64,000 nucleotides of DNA from an uncultured Acidimicrobiaceae bacterium (GTDB lineage Bacteria > Actinomycetota > Acidimicrobiia > Acidimicrobiales > UBA8190): assembly GCA_963800065.1 (NCBI GenBank), contig CAWCZO010000007.1:176474-240473 (forward strand), written 5' to 3'. A program made the position numbers and the translations under genes. The notes below the pieces were generated by a model. It saw only the letters and a program-made list of their open reading frames with translations, ran no database searches and was not told where the DNA came from. This document shows positions 1 through 9,149 of the stretch, one piece after another; the stretch's first letter is position 1; each line of letters starts with the position of its first letter.

Positions 1-54
1 CTCGTCGACGCTGGCCACGTCGACGACGAGGGCGCTGTCGCCGAAGGCGCGCAC
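1..54 (-). CDS. 5-oxoprolinase subunit PxpB (KipI-like), N-terminal fragment running off the window
   Basis: Reverse strand from GTG at 54 reads VRAFGDSALVVDVASVDE, which resembles the conserved PxpB N-terminus (R-x-F-GD-x-ALLVE). It lies 14 nt downstream of the pxpA stop. Confidence 0.35.
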   Translation of the reverse strand, partial: MRAFGDSALVVDVASVDE

Positions 55-68
55 CCGACGGGCCGGCG

Positions 69-815
69 TCACGTCACGAAAGGTCGGAGCTCGACGCCGG
101 CGTCGGTCAGGGCGTCGCGGACCCTCTGCGCCAGGGCGGCCGCACCCGGCGTGTCGCCGTGCACGCAGATCGACGAGGCCGCCACCGTGATCCACTGTCC
201 GTCGACGGCGGCCACCCGGTGCTCGACGGCCAGCGTCACGGCGCGCGCCGCCACGTCGTCGGCGTCGGTCACGACAGCGCCCACCTCGGCCCTGGGGGCC
301 AGGCTGCCGTCGGGGAGGTAGGCCCGGTCGGCGAACGCCTCGGTGGCCACCGCCACCCCGAGACGTTCGGCCACGGCGATGGCCACCGATCCGTAGGGGG
401 CGAGCAGGGCCAGGTCCCCGTAGGCGCGCAGGGCGTCGCAGACGGCCCTGGCGCAGGTTTCGTCCTCCCCCATGCGGTGATAGAGCGCACCATGGGGCTT
501 CACGTAGCTGACCTGCGTGGCGTAGGCGCGCGCCAGGCCGTCGAGGGCGCCGATCTGGTAGAGCAGGTCGTCGGTCAGGCGCGTGGGCGAGATCTCCATC
601 TCCCGGCGGCCGAACCCGGGGCGGTCGGGGTAGGAGGGGTGCGCACCCACCACGACGTGGCGTTCCACGGCGTCACCGAGCGTCCGACGCATCACGCTCG
701 GGTCGCCGGCGTGGAAGCCGCAGGCCACGCTGGCACTGGTCACGACATCGAGCAGAGCGCCGTCACCGTCGGGACCGCCCGCTTCTTCGCCCACGTCGGC
801 ATTGAGGTCGATCAC
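69..815 (-). CDS. pxpA: 5-oxoprolinase subunit A (LamB/YcsF family)
   Basis: C-terminal 248 aa of ORF 69..1928. It starts VIDLNADVGE and contains SVACGFHAGDP and VKPHGALY, which are LamB/YcsF hallmarks. GTG start at 815 checked in the sequence. Confidence 0.85.
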   Translation of the reverse strand: MIDLNADVGEEAGGPDGDGALLDVVTSASVACGFHAGDPSVMRRTLGDAVERHVVVGAHPSYPDRPGFGRREMEISPTRLTDDLLYQIGALDGLARAYATQVSYVKPHGALYHRMGEDETCARAVCDALRAYGDLALLAPYGSVAIAVAERLGVAVATEAFADRAYLPDGSLAPRAEVGAVVTDADDVAARAVTLAVEHRVAAVDGQWITVAASSICVHGDTPGAAALAQRVRDALTDAGVELRPFVT

Positions 816-890
816 CGGCACACCACCAGTATCACCGTGACCCGGACGACCGGTGCACGGGACCGGTCCAAGTGCGGAAGGATCTCCCCG

Positions 891-2084
891 ATGAACTGGG
901 TCGACTACCTGCTCCTCGCCCTGGTGGTGGTGTCGGGCATCCGTGGGCTCCGGCTGGGGGCGGTGTCGCAGGTGTTGTCGTTCGGTGGCTTCTGCCTCGG
1001 CCTGTTCCTCGGTGCCCTGGTGGCACCGCCGCTGGTCGGGTCGGTCAAGGGAAGCGGGCGCAGCCTGTTGGCGCTGGCGGTGGTCTTCGGCGCGGCCTTC
1101 GTCGTGGGTGGGGTGGGTCGGATCCTGGGGACCCGTTTCTCCGGAGCCCTCCGGCGCCTGCATCTCGGCGCCGTCGATTCGATCGCCGGGGTGGCCGTGG
1201 CCGTGGTGGCCACGCTGGTGGCCGCCTGGCTGGTGGGTAGCTTCCTGGCCAACAGCCGCTTCACGTCGCTCGACGCCGCCGTCGACCGGTCGCACATCCT
1301 CCACGCCATGGACAGGATCCTCCCCCCGGTGCCGTCGGTCTTCTCCCGGGTCGAATCGTTCCTGGACTCCGCCGGCTTCCCCGTCGTGTTCGCCGGCCTC
1401 CCGCCGGAGGCGGCACCCCCGGTGTCGCTGCCCACCAACCTCGCCGTCCGCGCCGCCGTGGTGAAGGCCGAGCGATCGACGGTGCAGATCGTGGGAGCGG
1501 GCTGCGGGGTCATCCAGGAAGGTTCGGGATTCGTGGTGGCGCCCGGGCTGGTCGTCACCAACGCCCACGTCGTCGCCGGCGTGGGACGTCCGGTGGTCCT
1601 CGACGCCACGGGCCACCACGCCGCCACCGCCGTGCTCTTCGATCCGCGTCTCGACCTCGCCGTCCTGCGGGTCCCGGGGCTGAACGACCCGGCGCTGCCC
1701 GTCGACACGGCCACCGTCGGTCGGGGCACGTCCGGCGTCGTTCTCGGTTACCCCGAGGGTGGACCGTTCGACTACAGACCGGCGGCCGTCGCCGCCTCGT
1801 TCCAGGCCACCGGTCTCGACATCTACGGGAAGGCCCAGACCCTGCGCCAGGTGTACCAGATCGAAGCGGTCGTCCAGCCGGGGAATTCCGGGGGACCGCT
1901 GATCTCGTCGGGGGACGCGTCGCAGCACATCCCCGACGGGTCGGTCATCGGCGTCGTCTTCGCCCGGTCCACCATCAACCCCGACGTTGGATACGCACTG
2001 GCCATGGCGGCGGTGAAGGCCGACGTGAACCGTGTCGGCCCGTCCTCTCCGCCGGTCGGGACGGGGGCCTGCCTCTCCGATTGA
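891..2084 (+). CDS. marP: MarP-like membrane serine protease (CvpA-type TM domain plus trypsin-like domain)
   Basis: Start MNWVDYLLLALVVVSG. About four hydrophobic helices are followed by TNAHVV (His), DLAVLRV (Asp) and GNSGGP (Ser) catalytic motifs. Confidence 0.75.
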   Translation: MNWVDYLLLALVVVSGIRGLRLGAVSQVLSFGGFCLGLFLGALVAPPLVGSVKGSGRSLLALAVVFGAAFVVGGVGRILGTRFSGALRRLHLGAVDSIAGVAVAVVATLVAAWLVGSFLANSRFTSLDAAVDRSHILHAMDRILPPVPSVFSRVESFLDSAGFPVVFAGLPPEAAPPVSLPTNLAVRAAVVKAERSTVQIVGAGCGVIQEGSGFVVAPGLVVTNAHVVAGVGRPVVLDATGHHAATAVLFDPRLDLAVLRVPGLNDPALPVDTATVGRGTSGVVLGYPEGGPFDYRPAAVAASFQATGLDIYGKAQTLRQVYQIEAVVQPGNSGGPLISSGDASQHIPDGSVIGVVFARSTINPDVGYALAMAAVKADVNRVGPSSPPVGTGACLSD

Positions 2085-2151
2085 GCGCCCGGACGACCCG
2101 GTCGGTGTCGTGACGTCCGTCTCCGGTGGGTCCCCGGGTAAGAATGAGGCC

Positions 2152-4077
2152 GTGACACTCCCCCTCGAGGACTACGCGCTCATCGGCGACACCCACACGG
2201 CCGCCATCGTGGGCCGCGACGGCTCGATCGACTGGTTGTGCCTGCCCCGGTTCGATTCCGAGGCGTGTTTCGCCCAGCTCCTGGGCGACGAGAGCCACGG
2301 CTTCTGGCGGATCGCCCCGACCGCCGAACAGGTCGAGACGCGGCGACGGTACCGGAACGACACCCTGGTCCTGGAGACCGACTTCGAGACGTCCGAGGGC
2401 GCCGTCCGCCTCATCGACTGCATGCCCATCCGGGAGGAGCATCCCCAGGTGGTGCGCGTCGTCGAAGGGTTGAGCGGGACGGTCGATGTCCGTATGCAGC
2501 TCTCCATGCGTTTCGGCTACGGCTCGGTCCTGCCCTGGGTGCGCCGGGCGGGCAGCCTGCTCACGGCCATCGCCGGCCCCGACGCCCTCTCGCTGTGGAC
2601 ACCGGTCCACACCCACGGGGAGGACATGACGACGGTGGCGGACTTCACGGTCAAAGAAGATGACCGCGTGCCGTTCGTCTTGACCTGGTATCCCTCGAAC
2701 GAGGAGGTGCCGCGGCCCGTGGACGCCCGCTTCGCCGTCGAGGACACCGAGTTGTGGTGGGAGGACTGGGCCTCGTCGTTCCAATTCGAAGGCCCCTGGC
2801 GCAACGCCGTGATGCGCTCACTGATCACCCTGAAGGCTCTGACCTACCATCCCACGGGGGGAATCGTCGCCGCCCCCACCACCTCTCTTCCCGAGACCCT
2901 GGGAGGGGGGCGGAACTGGGACTACCGGTACTGCTGGCTGCGCGACGCCACCTTGACCCTGGAGTCGCTCATGAAGGCCGGCTACTTCCAGGAAGCGATG
3001 GCCTGGCGCGACTGGCTCCTGCGGGCCGTGGCCGGCGATCCGGCCGACCTGCAGATCATGTACGGGCCGGGCGGTGAGCGGCGTCTCGACGAGTGGGAGG
3101 TCGAGTGGCTACCGGGCTACGAAGCGTCGGCCCCGGTCCGGATCGGGAATGCGGCGGCCGGGCAGTTCCAGCTCGACGTCTACGGCGAGGTGATGTCGGC
3201 GCTCTACGTGGCCAGCCACGTCGGGGGCACCCTGAGCGAGACGGCCTGGGACCTCCAACGCGTCCTGATGGGTTTCGTGAAGACCATGTGGGCGCAACCC
3301 GATGACGGGATCTGGGAGGTCCGTGGGCCGCGTCGGCACTTCACCCACTCCAAGGTCATGGCCTGGGTGGCCGTCGACCGGGCCATCAAGATGGTCGACG
3401 AATGCGGCGAGAGCGGGCCCGTCGACGAGTGGCGCGAGCTGCGTGACACGATCCACGAGCAGGTCTGCGCCCAGGGATTCAACACCGAGGTCGGCGCCTT
3501 CACCCAGTACTACGGATCCGACGCCCTCGACGCCAGTCTCCTCATGATCCCCCTGGTCGGATTCCTCCCCGCCACCGACGACCGCGTCCGCTCCACCGTG
3601 GAGGCCATCGAGCGCGACCTGACCGAGGGGGGTTTCGTCCTGCGCTACCGGGCCACCGACGCCCATGCCGTCGACGGTCTCCAGGGTCACGAGGGGGCCT
3701 TCCTGGCCTGCTCCTTCTGGCTGGTCGACTGCCTCTACCTGATGGGCCGCCACGACGACGCCGTGGCCCTCTTCGAGCGCCTGGTGGGCCTGTCCAACGA
3801 TGTCGGGCTCCTGGCCGAGGAGTACGACGCCGTGGCCAAGCGCCAGGTGGGGAACTTTCCCCAGGCCTTCTCGCACGTGTCGCTGGTGAACTCGGCATAC
3901 AACATGAGCGGGCACCCCGAGGGCGACGCCAGAAAGACGGCGCCGGTCCTGCCGCGGCTGGCCGAGACGCATTTCCGGCAGTGGCGTCGCGGGCGGATCG
4001 AGAGCCGGAGTTCGGGACAGCAGGGTCGCGGGAGACCGAAGAGCGAAGACACCGCGGTGACGAGGAGGCCGAGATGA
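2152..4077 (+). CDS. Glycoside hydrolase family 15 (glucoamylase/trehalase-like)
   Basis: LEDYALIGDTHTAAIVGRDGSIDWLCLPRFDS, WDYRYCWLRDA and FPQAFSHVSLVNSA are typical GH15. GTG at 2152 is in frame. Its stop overlaps the next start (ATGA). Confidence 0.85.
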   Translation: MTLPLEDYALIGDTHTAAIVGRDGSIDWLCLPRFDSEACFAQLLGDESHGFWRIAPTAEQVETRRRYRNDTLVLETDFETSEGAVRLIDCMPIREEHPQVVRVVEGLSGTVDVRMQLSMRFGYGSVLPWVRRAGSLLTAIAGPDALSLWTPVHTHGEDMTTVADFTVKEDDRVPFVLTWYPSNEEVPRPVDARFAVEDTELWWEDWASSFQFEGPWRNAVMRSLITLKALTYHPTGGIVAAPTTSLPETLGGGRNWDYRYCWLRDATLTLESLMKAGYFQEAMAWRDWLLRAVAGDPADLQIMYGPGGERRLDEWEVEWLPGYEASAPVRIGNAAAGQFQLDVYGEVMSALYVASHVGGTLSETAWDLQRVLMGFVKTMWAQPDDGIWEVRGPRRHFTHSKVMAWVAVDRAIKMVDECGESGPVDEWRELRDTIHEQVCAQGFNTEVGAFTQYYGSDALDASLLMIPLVGFLPATDDRVRSTVEAIERDLTEGGFVLRYRATDAHAVDGLQGHEGAFLACSFWLVDCLYLMGRHDDAVALFERLVGLSNDVGLLAEEYDAVAKRQVGNFPQAFSHVSLVNSAYNMSGHPEGDARKTAPVLPRLAETHFRQWRRGRIESRSSGQQGRGRPKSEDTAVTRRPR

Positions 4078-5120
4078 AAGCGCTGACGGTGAAACCGATG
4101 ACGGCCGGGTCGGCCCGGTTGGACGACGTCGACGAGCCACCCCTCACCGACGGTCCCGTCCTGGTGCAGACCCTGGCCGTCGGGGTGTGCGGGACGGACA
4201 TGGAGATCACCTCGGGCGCCTACGGGTGGGCACCCCCGGGGCGCGACCGCCTGATACTGGGCCACGAATCCCTGGGCCGGGTCCTGGAGGCCCCGGCCGG
4301 CGCCGCCGTGACCACCGGCGACCTGGTGGTGGGGATCGTCCGCCGACCGGACCCGGTGCCGTGCGCCAATTGCGCCGTCGGCGAGTGGGACTTCTGCCAC
4401 AACGGTCAGTACACCGAACGGGGGATAAAGCAGCGGGACGGCTACTGCTCGGAGCGGTACCGGATCGAGCCCGACTTCGTGGTCAAGCTCGACCCCGCCC
4501 TCGGTCGATGCGGCGTCCTGCTGGAGCCCACCAGCGTGGTGGCCAAGGCGTGGGAGCAGGTGGACCGGATCGGGGGCCGGGCCCACTGGGCACCGACGAG
4601 GGCGGTGATCACGGGGGCCGGACCCATCGGCCTCCTCGCCGCGCTGATCGCCGTCCAGCGCGGGATGGAGGTTCATGTTCTCGACCAGGTGACGAGCGGC
4701 CTCAAACCCGACCTCGTCGCCGCCCTGGGGGCCACGTACCACACGGGGACGATCGAGGACGCGGTGGCCCAGCCCGACGTGGTGATCGAGTGCACGGGCG
4801 TCAGCGCGCTGGTGTTCGACGCCATGGAGCACATGGGTCCGAACGGAGTGGTGTGTCTCACCGGCGTGTCGTCCAGTGGACGCAGCCTGGCTGTCGACGC
4901 CGGGCTTCTCAACCGGTCGCTGGTGCTGGCCAACCAGTCGATCGTCGGATCGGTGAACGCCAACCGACGCCACTACGAGGCGGCCGCCGCCGCGCTGGCC
5001 AAGGCCGACCACGCCTGGCTGGAGCGCGTGGTGAGCCGGACGGTGCCCCTCGAGAATTTCTCCCAGGCCCTGGACCGGCAGCCCGACGACGTCAAGGTGG
5101 TCATCGAGATCAATCAGTGA
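4074..5120 (+). CDS. Zn-dependent glucose 1-dehydrogenase (archaeal-type MDR)
   Basis: MKALTV..GVCGTDMEI..GHESLG..RRPDPVPCANCAVGEWDFC..ERGI..GY and a GAGPIG Rossmann motif, matching the pattern of Sulfolobus/Haloferax-type GlcDH. Confidence 0.75.
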   Translation: MKALTVKPMTAGSARLDDVDEPPLTDGPVLVQTLAVGVCGTDMEITSGAYGWAPPGRDRLILGHESLGRVLEAPAGAAVTTGDLVVGIVRRPDPVPCANCAVGEWDFCHNGQYTERGIKQRDGYCSERYRIEPDFVVKLDPALGRCGVLLEPTSVVAKAWEQVDRIGGRAHWAPTRAVITGAGPIGLLAALIAVQRGMEVHVLDQVTSGLKPDLVAALGATYHTGTIEDAVAQPDVVIECTGVSALVFDAMEHMGPNGVVCLTGVSSSGRSLAVDAGLLNRSLVLANQSIVGSVNANRRHYEAAAAALAKADHAWLERVVSRTVPLENFSQALDRQPDDVKVVIEINQ

Positions 5121-6055
5121 CCACCGAGATCGCACCCGGGGTCATCGAGATCGACACCCTTCTGGGGGGCTGGGAACGGGTGACGGCCGGCTACCTCCTG
5201 ACGGGGCCGACGCCGGTGCTGGTGGAGACCGGGAGTCAGAGCTCCGTGCCCGCCCTCCTCGAGGCCCTCGACTCCCTCGGCCTCGGGGGCGCCGATCTGG
5301 CCGGGGTGGCCGTCACCCACATCCATCTCGACCACGCCGGCGGCGTGGGTGACGTGGCCCGGGCGTTCCCGTCGGCCACCGTCTACGTCCACGGGAAGGG
5401 GGCCCGACACCTGATCGACCCCACCCGGCTGGTCGATTCGGCCGCCCGCGTCTACGGGGATCTGCTCGACTCGTTGTACGGGCGCCTCGACCCCACCCCG
5501 GCGGAGCGGATCCACGTTCTCGAGGACGGAGAGGAGATACGGATCGGGCCCGACCGCGTCCTGGTCACGGTGGACTCACCCGGCCACGCCAAGCATCACC
5601 TGGCCCTGCACGACTCGGACAGCGGGATCCTGTTCGCCGGGGACGCGGTCGGCGTGAGGCTCCCGGACGCCGGCGTGCTGCGCCCCTCGACGCCGCCACC
5701 CGACTTCGACCTCGACCAGGCCCTCAATTCGCTCCGTCGCTTCGCCGGCCGCCGCCCGTCCGGCCTGGCCCTGGCCCACTACGGCCTGGTCCCCGATCCC
5801 TCCTCTCTCCTGGACGAGGCCCAGGAGACGCTGCGGCGCTGGGCGGAGGTGGCCGAGGGGGCCTGGCGTCAGGGTGCCGACATCGCCGCCGCCCTGGACG
5901 AGGCCTTCGCCGCCGACATGGGCGACGTCGATCCGGCCCAGCGCCGGAAGCTCGAGACGTTGAACGGCGTCCATTCGAACGCCGCCGGGTTCCGTCGGTG
6001 GCTCGAGACGCGTGACGGCGGCCGGGGGGAATCGGAGGGTCCGGGCCTGGCATGA
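5117..6055 (+). CDS. MBL-fold metallo-hydrolase
   Basis: THIHLDHAGG metal motif and a later SPGHAKHH. GTG at 5117 overlaps the preceding stop (GTGA). Confidence 0.75.
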   Translation: MTTEIAPGVIEIDTLLGGWERVTAGYLLTGPTPVLVETGSQSSVPALLEALDSLGLGGADLAGVAVTHIHLDHAGGVGDVARAFPSATVYVHGKGARHLIDPTRLVDSAARVYGDLLDSLYGRLDPTPAERIHVLEDGEEIRIGPDRVLVTVDSPGHAKHHLALHDSDSGILFAGDAVGVRLPDAGVLRPSTPPPDFDLDQALNSLRRFAGRRPSGLALAHYGLVPDPSSLLDEAQETLRRWAEVAEGAWRQGADIAAALDEAFAADMGDVDPAQRRKLETLNGVHSNAAGFRRWLETRDGGRGESEGPGLA

Positions 6056-6128
6056 TGGCCCCGCCACAAGAAGATGAAGGCGCAGCCGCGGTGTCCGGCA
6101 CCGGGAGCGCCAGAGCGGGGAGTCGATC

Positions 6129-7478
6129 ATGCAGGTCACCATCATCGGCGGCGGGAGCTACCAGTGGTCGCCCAAGCTGATCACCGACCTGCTGGCGGTG
6201 GGTCCCCTGGCCGACATGCATCTGGTCCTCGAGGACATCGACCCCGTTCCGCTGGAGAAGATGGAGGTCTTCGCCCGCAAGGCCAACGAGACGATGGGTA
6301 CCAAGATGACGGTGTCGACGACCACCGATCAACGGCGGGCCGTCGACGGCGCCGACTTCGTGATCGTGACCATCTCGACGGGGGGCTTCGACTCGATGGC
6401 CCTGGACATCGACATCCCGGCCCGGTACGGGATCCGTCAGTCGGTGGGCGACAGCGTCGGACCGGGGGGGATCAGCCGCTCCCTGCGAAACATCCCCATC
6501 CTGGTGAGCATCGGGCGCGACATGGAGCAGGGCTGCCCCGACGCCTGGTTGCTGAACATCACCAACCCGATGACGTGCCTCACCCGGTCGGTCTGCCGGG
6601 AGACGTCGATCAAGACGGTCGGTCTGTGCCACGAGGTGGGGAACTTCGCCATGGACGTGGCCATCGCCTTCGGGAAGCCCCACACCGCCATCCGCCCCAC
6701 CGTCGTGGGGGTCAACCATTTCCCCGTCATCACCGCCCTCGACGTCGACGGGGCCGACGGCTTCGTGATGCTCAGGGAGCTGGTGGACGAGCTCGGCGGA
6801 CTCGGGGCCCTGCGGCCGGGGCCGGACCGCGTCGTGGCCGAACCCTTCACCAAGGCCGACTTCGCCCAACGGCACGCACTGAAGCTGACCCTTCTCGACC
6901 GCTACGGCGCGCTGGTGGGGGCCGGTGACCGCCACGTGGCGGAATTCATCCCGTCGGCGCTGACCGAGGAGTCCGACTGGGGGGCCACCTGGGGCATCGA
7001 GCTCACGCCCATGGCCCGGCGCCAGGAGAGCCAGGACGAGTACATCGCCGAGGTCGACGCCGTCCTGGCCGGGACGGTCGAGGTCCCCACGTGGGACTCG
7101 GGTGAGATCGTGGCCCCGGTCATCGATTCGCTGCTCACCGGGACGCACCGGGAGCTCCCGGTCAACCTGCCCAACGCCGGCCAGTGCCCCGACCTGCCGG
7201 CCGACTCCGTCGTCGAGGCCATGTGCGTGGTGGACGGCGACGGGATGCGCGGGCGCGACGCCCCCCACGCGCCACCGGCCATCACCGAGTGGGTGCGGCG
7301 ACAGGTGGCCGTCCAGGAGCTGACCGTCGAGGCGGCCGTGACGGGGGACCGGAAGGTGGCCCTGCAGGCCTTCGCCCTCGATCCTCTGGCCGGTCGCGGT
7401 GACCTGCGGGTGACCGAGGCGATGGCCGAGGAGCTGTTGGCGGCCACCGCCCGGTGGCTGCCCCAGTTCGCGTCATGA
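6129..7478 (+). CDS. Glycoside hydrolase family 4 (NAD/Mn-dependent glycosidase)
   Basis: MQVTIIGGGSYQW N-terminal Rossmann motif, NITNPM and GLCHEV motifs typical of GH4. Confidence 0.85.
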   Translation: MQVTIIGGGSYQWSPKLITDLLAVGPLADMHLVLEDIDPVPLEKMEVFARKANETMGTKMTVSTTTDQRRAVDGADFVIVTISTGGFDSMALDIDIPARYGIRQSVGDSVGPGGISRSLRNIPILVSIGRDMEQGCPDAWLLNITNPMTCLTRSVCRETSIKTVGLCHEVGNFAMDVAIAFGKPHTAIRPTVVGVNHFPVITALDVDGADGFVMLRELVDELGGLGALRPGPDRVVAEPFTKADFAQRHALKLTLLDRYGALVGAGDRHVAEFIPSALTEESDWGATWGIELTPMARRQESQDEYIAEVDAVLAGTVEVPTWDSGEIVAPVIDSLLTGTHRELPVNLPNAGQCPDLPADSVVEAMCVVDGDGMRGRDAPHAPPAITEWVRRQVAVQELTVEAAVTGDRKVALQAFALDPLAGRGDLRVTEAMAEELLAATARWLPQFAS

Positions 7479-7491
7479 GCCGGGTGGCGTC

Positions 7492-8379
7492 ATGAAGATC
7501 GGGTTCGTCGGGTTGGGCGCCATGGGGCTGCCGATGACGCGCAACCTCCTGGCCGCTGGCCACCAGGTGACGGTGGCGTCGCGCAGCCGCCCGCCCGTCG
7601 ATGCCGCCGTCGCCCTGGGCGCCACCGATGCCGGCACCGTCGCCGACGTGGCCGCCACCAGCGAGGTCGTCATCCTCTGTGTCCCCAATTCCCCCGACGT
7701 GGTCGAGGTGGTGGACGCCATGGGGCCGGCGCTCGGTCGGGGGACGATCGTCATCGACTGCTCGACCATCGATCCCGATGTCGAGCGGGCCCAGCACGAG
7801 AAGGTGAGTTCCGCCGGAGCGCGCTATCTCGACGGCCCCTTGTCGGGCGGGACGGTGGGAGCCGAGAAGGGGACACTCACCGTGATGGTGGGCGGTGACG
7901 CCGCCACCCTCGACGAGGCCCGCCCCGCCCTCGACCCGGTGGCCGGACTGGTCGTCCATGTCGGCGGGCCGGGGATGGGTCAGGTCGTGAAACTCTGCAA
8001 CAACCTGATCTACGCCGCCCAGATGGTGGCCACCGCCGAGGCCACCGCCCTGGCGCTGCGTTCCGGGGTCGAGATGGCCAAGCTCCTCGAGGTCCTCCTC
8101 CACTCCACGGGGGACTGCACGGCGGTGCGGACCCGCCTGCCGGTGGACGGCGTGATAGCCGACAGCCCGGCCTCCAACGGATGGAAGCCGGGTTTCATGA
8201 CGGACCTGATGGCCAAGGACCTCGATCTGGCCCTGGCCTACGGGGCCCGGGCGGGGGTCCCGCTGACCACCACGGCCACCTCCCGCCAGGTCCTCACGGC
8301 GGCGTCGACGGCCGGCTACGGGCGCCAGGACTTCTCGGCCTTGGCCAAGGTCGTCCTGCGCGCCGCCGGCGTGGAGTGA
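7492..8379 (+). CDS. NAD(P)-dependent beta-hydroxyacid dehydrogenase (3-hydroxyisobutyrate dehydrogenase family)
   Basis: MKIGFVGLGAMGLPM, DGPLSGG and GQVVKLCNN motifs. Confidence 0.85.
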   Translation: MKIGFVGLGAMGLPMTRNLLAAGHQVTVASRSRPPVDAAVALGATDAGTVADVAATSEVVILCVPNSPDVVEVVDAMGPALGRGTIVIDCSTIDPDVERAQHEKVSSAGARYLDGPLSGGTVGAEKGTLTVMVGGDAATLDEARPALDPVAGLVVHVGGPGMGQVVKLCNNLIYAAQMVATAEATALALRSGVEMAKLLEVLLHSTGDCTAVRTRLPVDGVIADSPASNGWKPGFMTDLMAKDLDLALAYGARAGVPLTTTATSRQVLTAASTAGYGRQDFSALAKVVLRAAGVE

Positions 8380-9149
8380 CGGACCCGCCCCCGGGGGCGC
8401 TGGTGACGCCGGCGCTCATCCTGGCCGCCGATCACCGTCCCCGCGGGGTCGTCACCATCGAGGGGTACGCGCCCTACCTGGCCGCGCTCACCGCCGCCCT
8501 CCCCGCCTGCGACGGCATCCTGGCCAGTCGTCAACCTCTGGCCGACCTCCGGGCGTCGGGCGCCGTGGGGTCACGCCACCGCACCTACCTCTCGATCAAC
8601 CGGACCGGTCTGGCGGGATCGGCCTTCGAGCTCGACGACCGCCTGGTGACGAGCGTCGACCGGGCCGCCGCCGACGGGTGGACGGGGGTCAAGCACATGA
8701 CGCGGATCGATCTGGCCGACCCCCTGACGGCACCGGCCCTGGAGCTGCTCGGGCGAGTCATCGACGAGGCCCGGACCGCCGGCGTCGAGGCCCTGATCGA
8801 ATCCCTGTCATGGCGCGACGGCAGGATGGCGCGCGACACCGATGCCGTCGTCCTGGCCGCCGTCATCGCCCACGACCTCGGCGCCCCGCTGCTCAAGGTG
8901 CCGGTGCCCGACGTGGCCCCCGGCCGGGACAGGGTGGCGGCGGTGGCCCGGGTGGTGGGGAGCGTGGGTGTCCCCGTCCTCTTCCTGGGTGGTCCCCGGG
9001 GCGACGCCGGTCGCCAGGCCGTCCTCGACGAGGTGCGTGACGCCATGGCCGGGGGGGCGGCGGGGATGGCCGTGGGCCGCGTCGTCTTCGAGGACCCCGA
9101 GCCCGAGAAGATGGCCCGTCTGGTGGCCGACGCGGTGCACGGCGGTTGA
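8376..9149 (+). CDS. Class I aldolase-like TIM-barrel protein (DeoC/LacD-like, Cgl0159-like)
   Basis: Second part of ORF 8181..9149 from in-frame GTG 8376 (VTDPPP..). LLKVPVP with the putative Schiff-base Lys, and GMAVGR near the C-terminus. The start overlaps the previous stop. Family assignment is from memory only. Confidence 0.5.
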   Translation: MTDPPPGALVTPALILAADHRPRGVVTIEGYAPYLAALTAALPACDGILASRQPLADLRASGAVGSRHRTYLSINRTGLAGSAFELDDRLVTSVDRAAADGWTGVKHMTRIDLADPLTAPALELLGRVIDEARTAGVEALIESLSWRDGRMARDTDAVVLAAVIAHDLGAPLLKVPVPDVAPGRDRVAAVARVVGSVGVPVLFLGGPRGDAGRQAVLDEVRDAMAGGAAGMAVGRVVFEDPEPEKMARLVADAVHGG

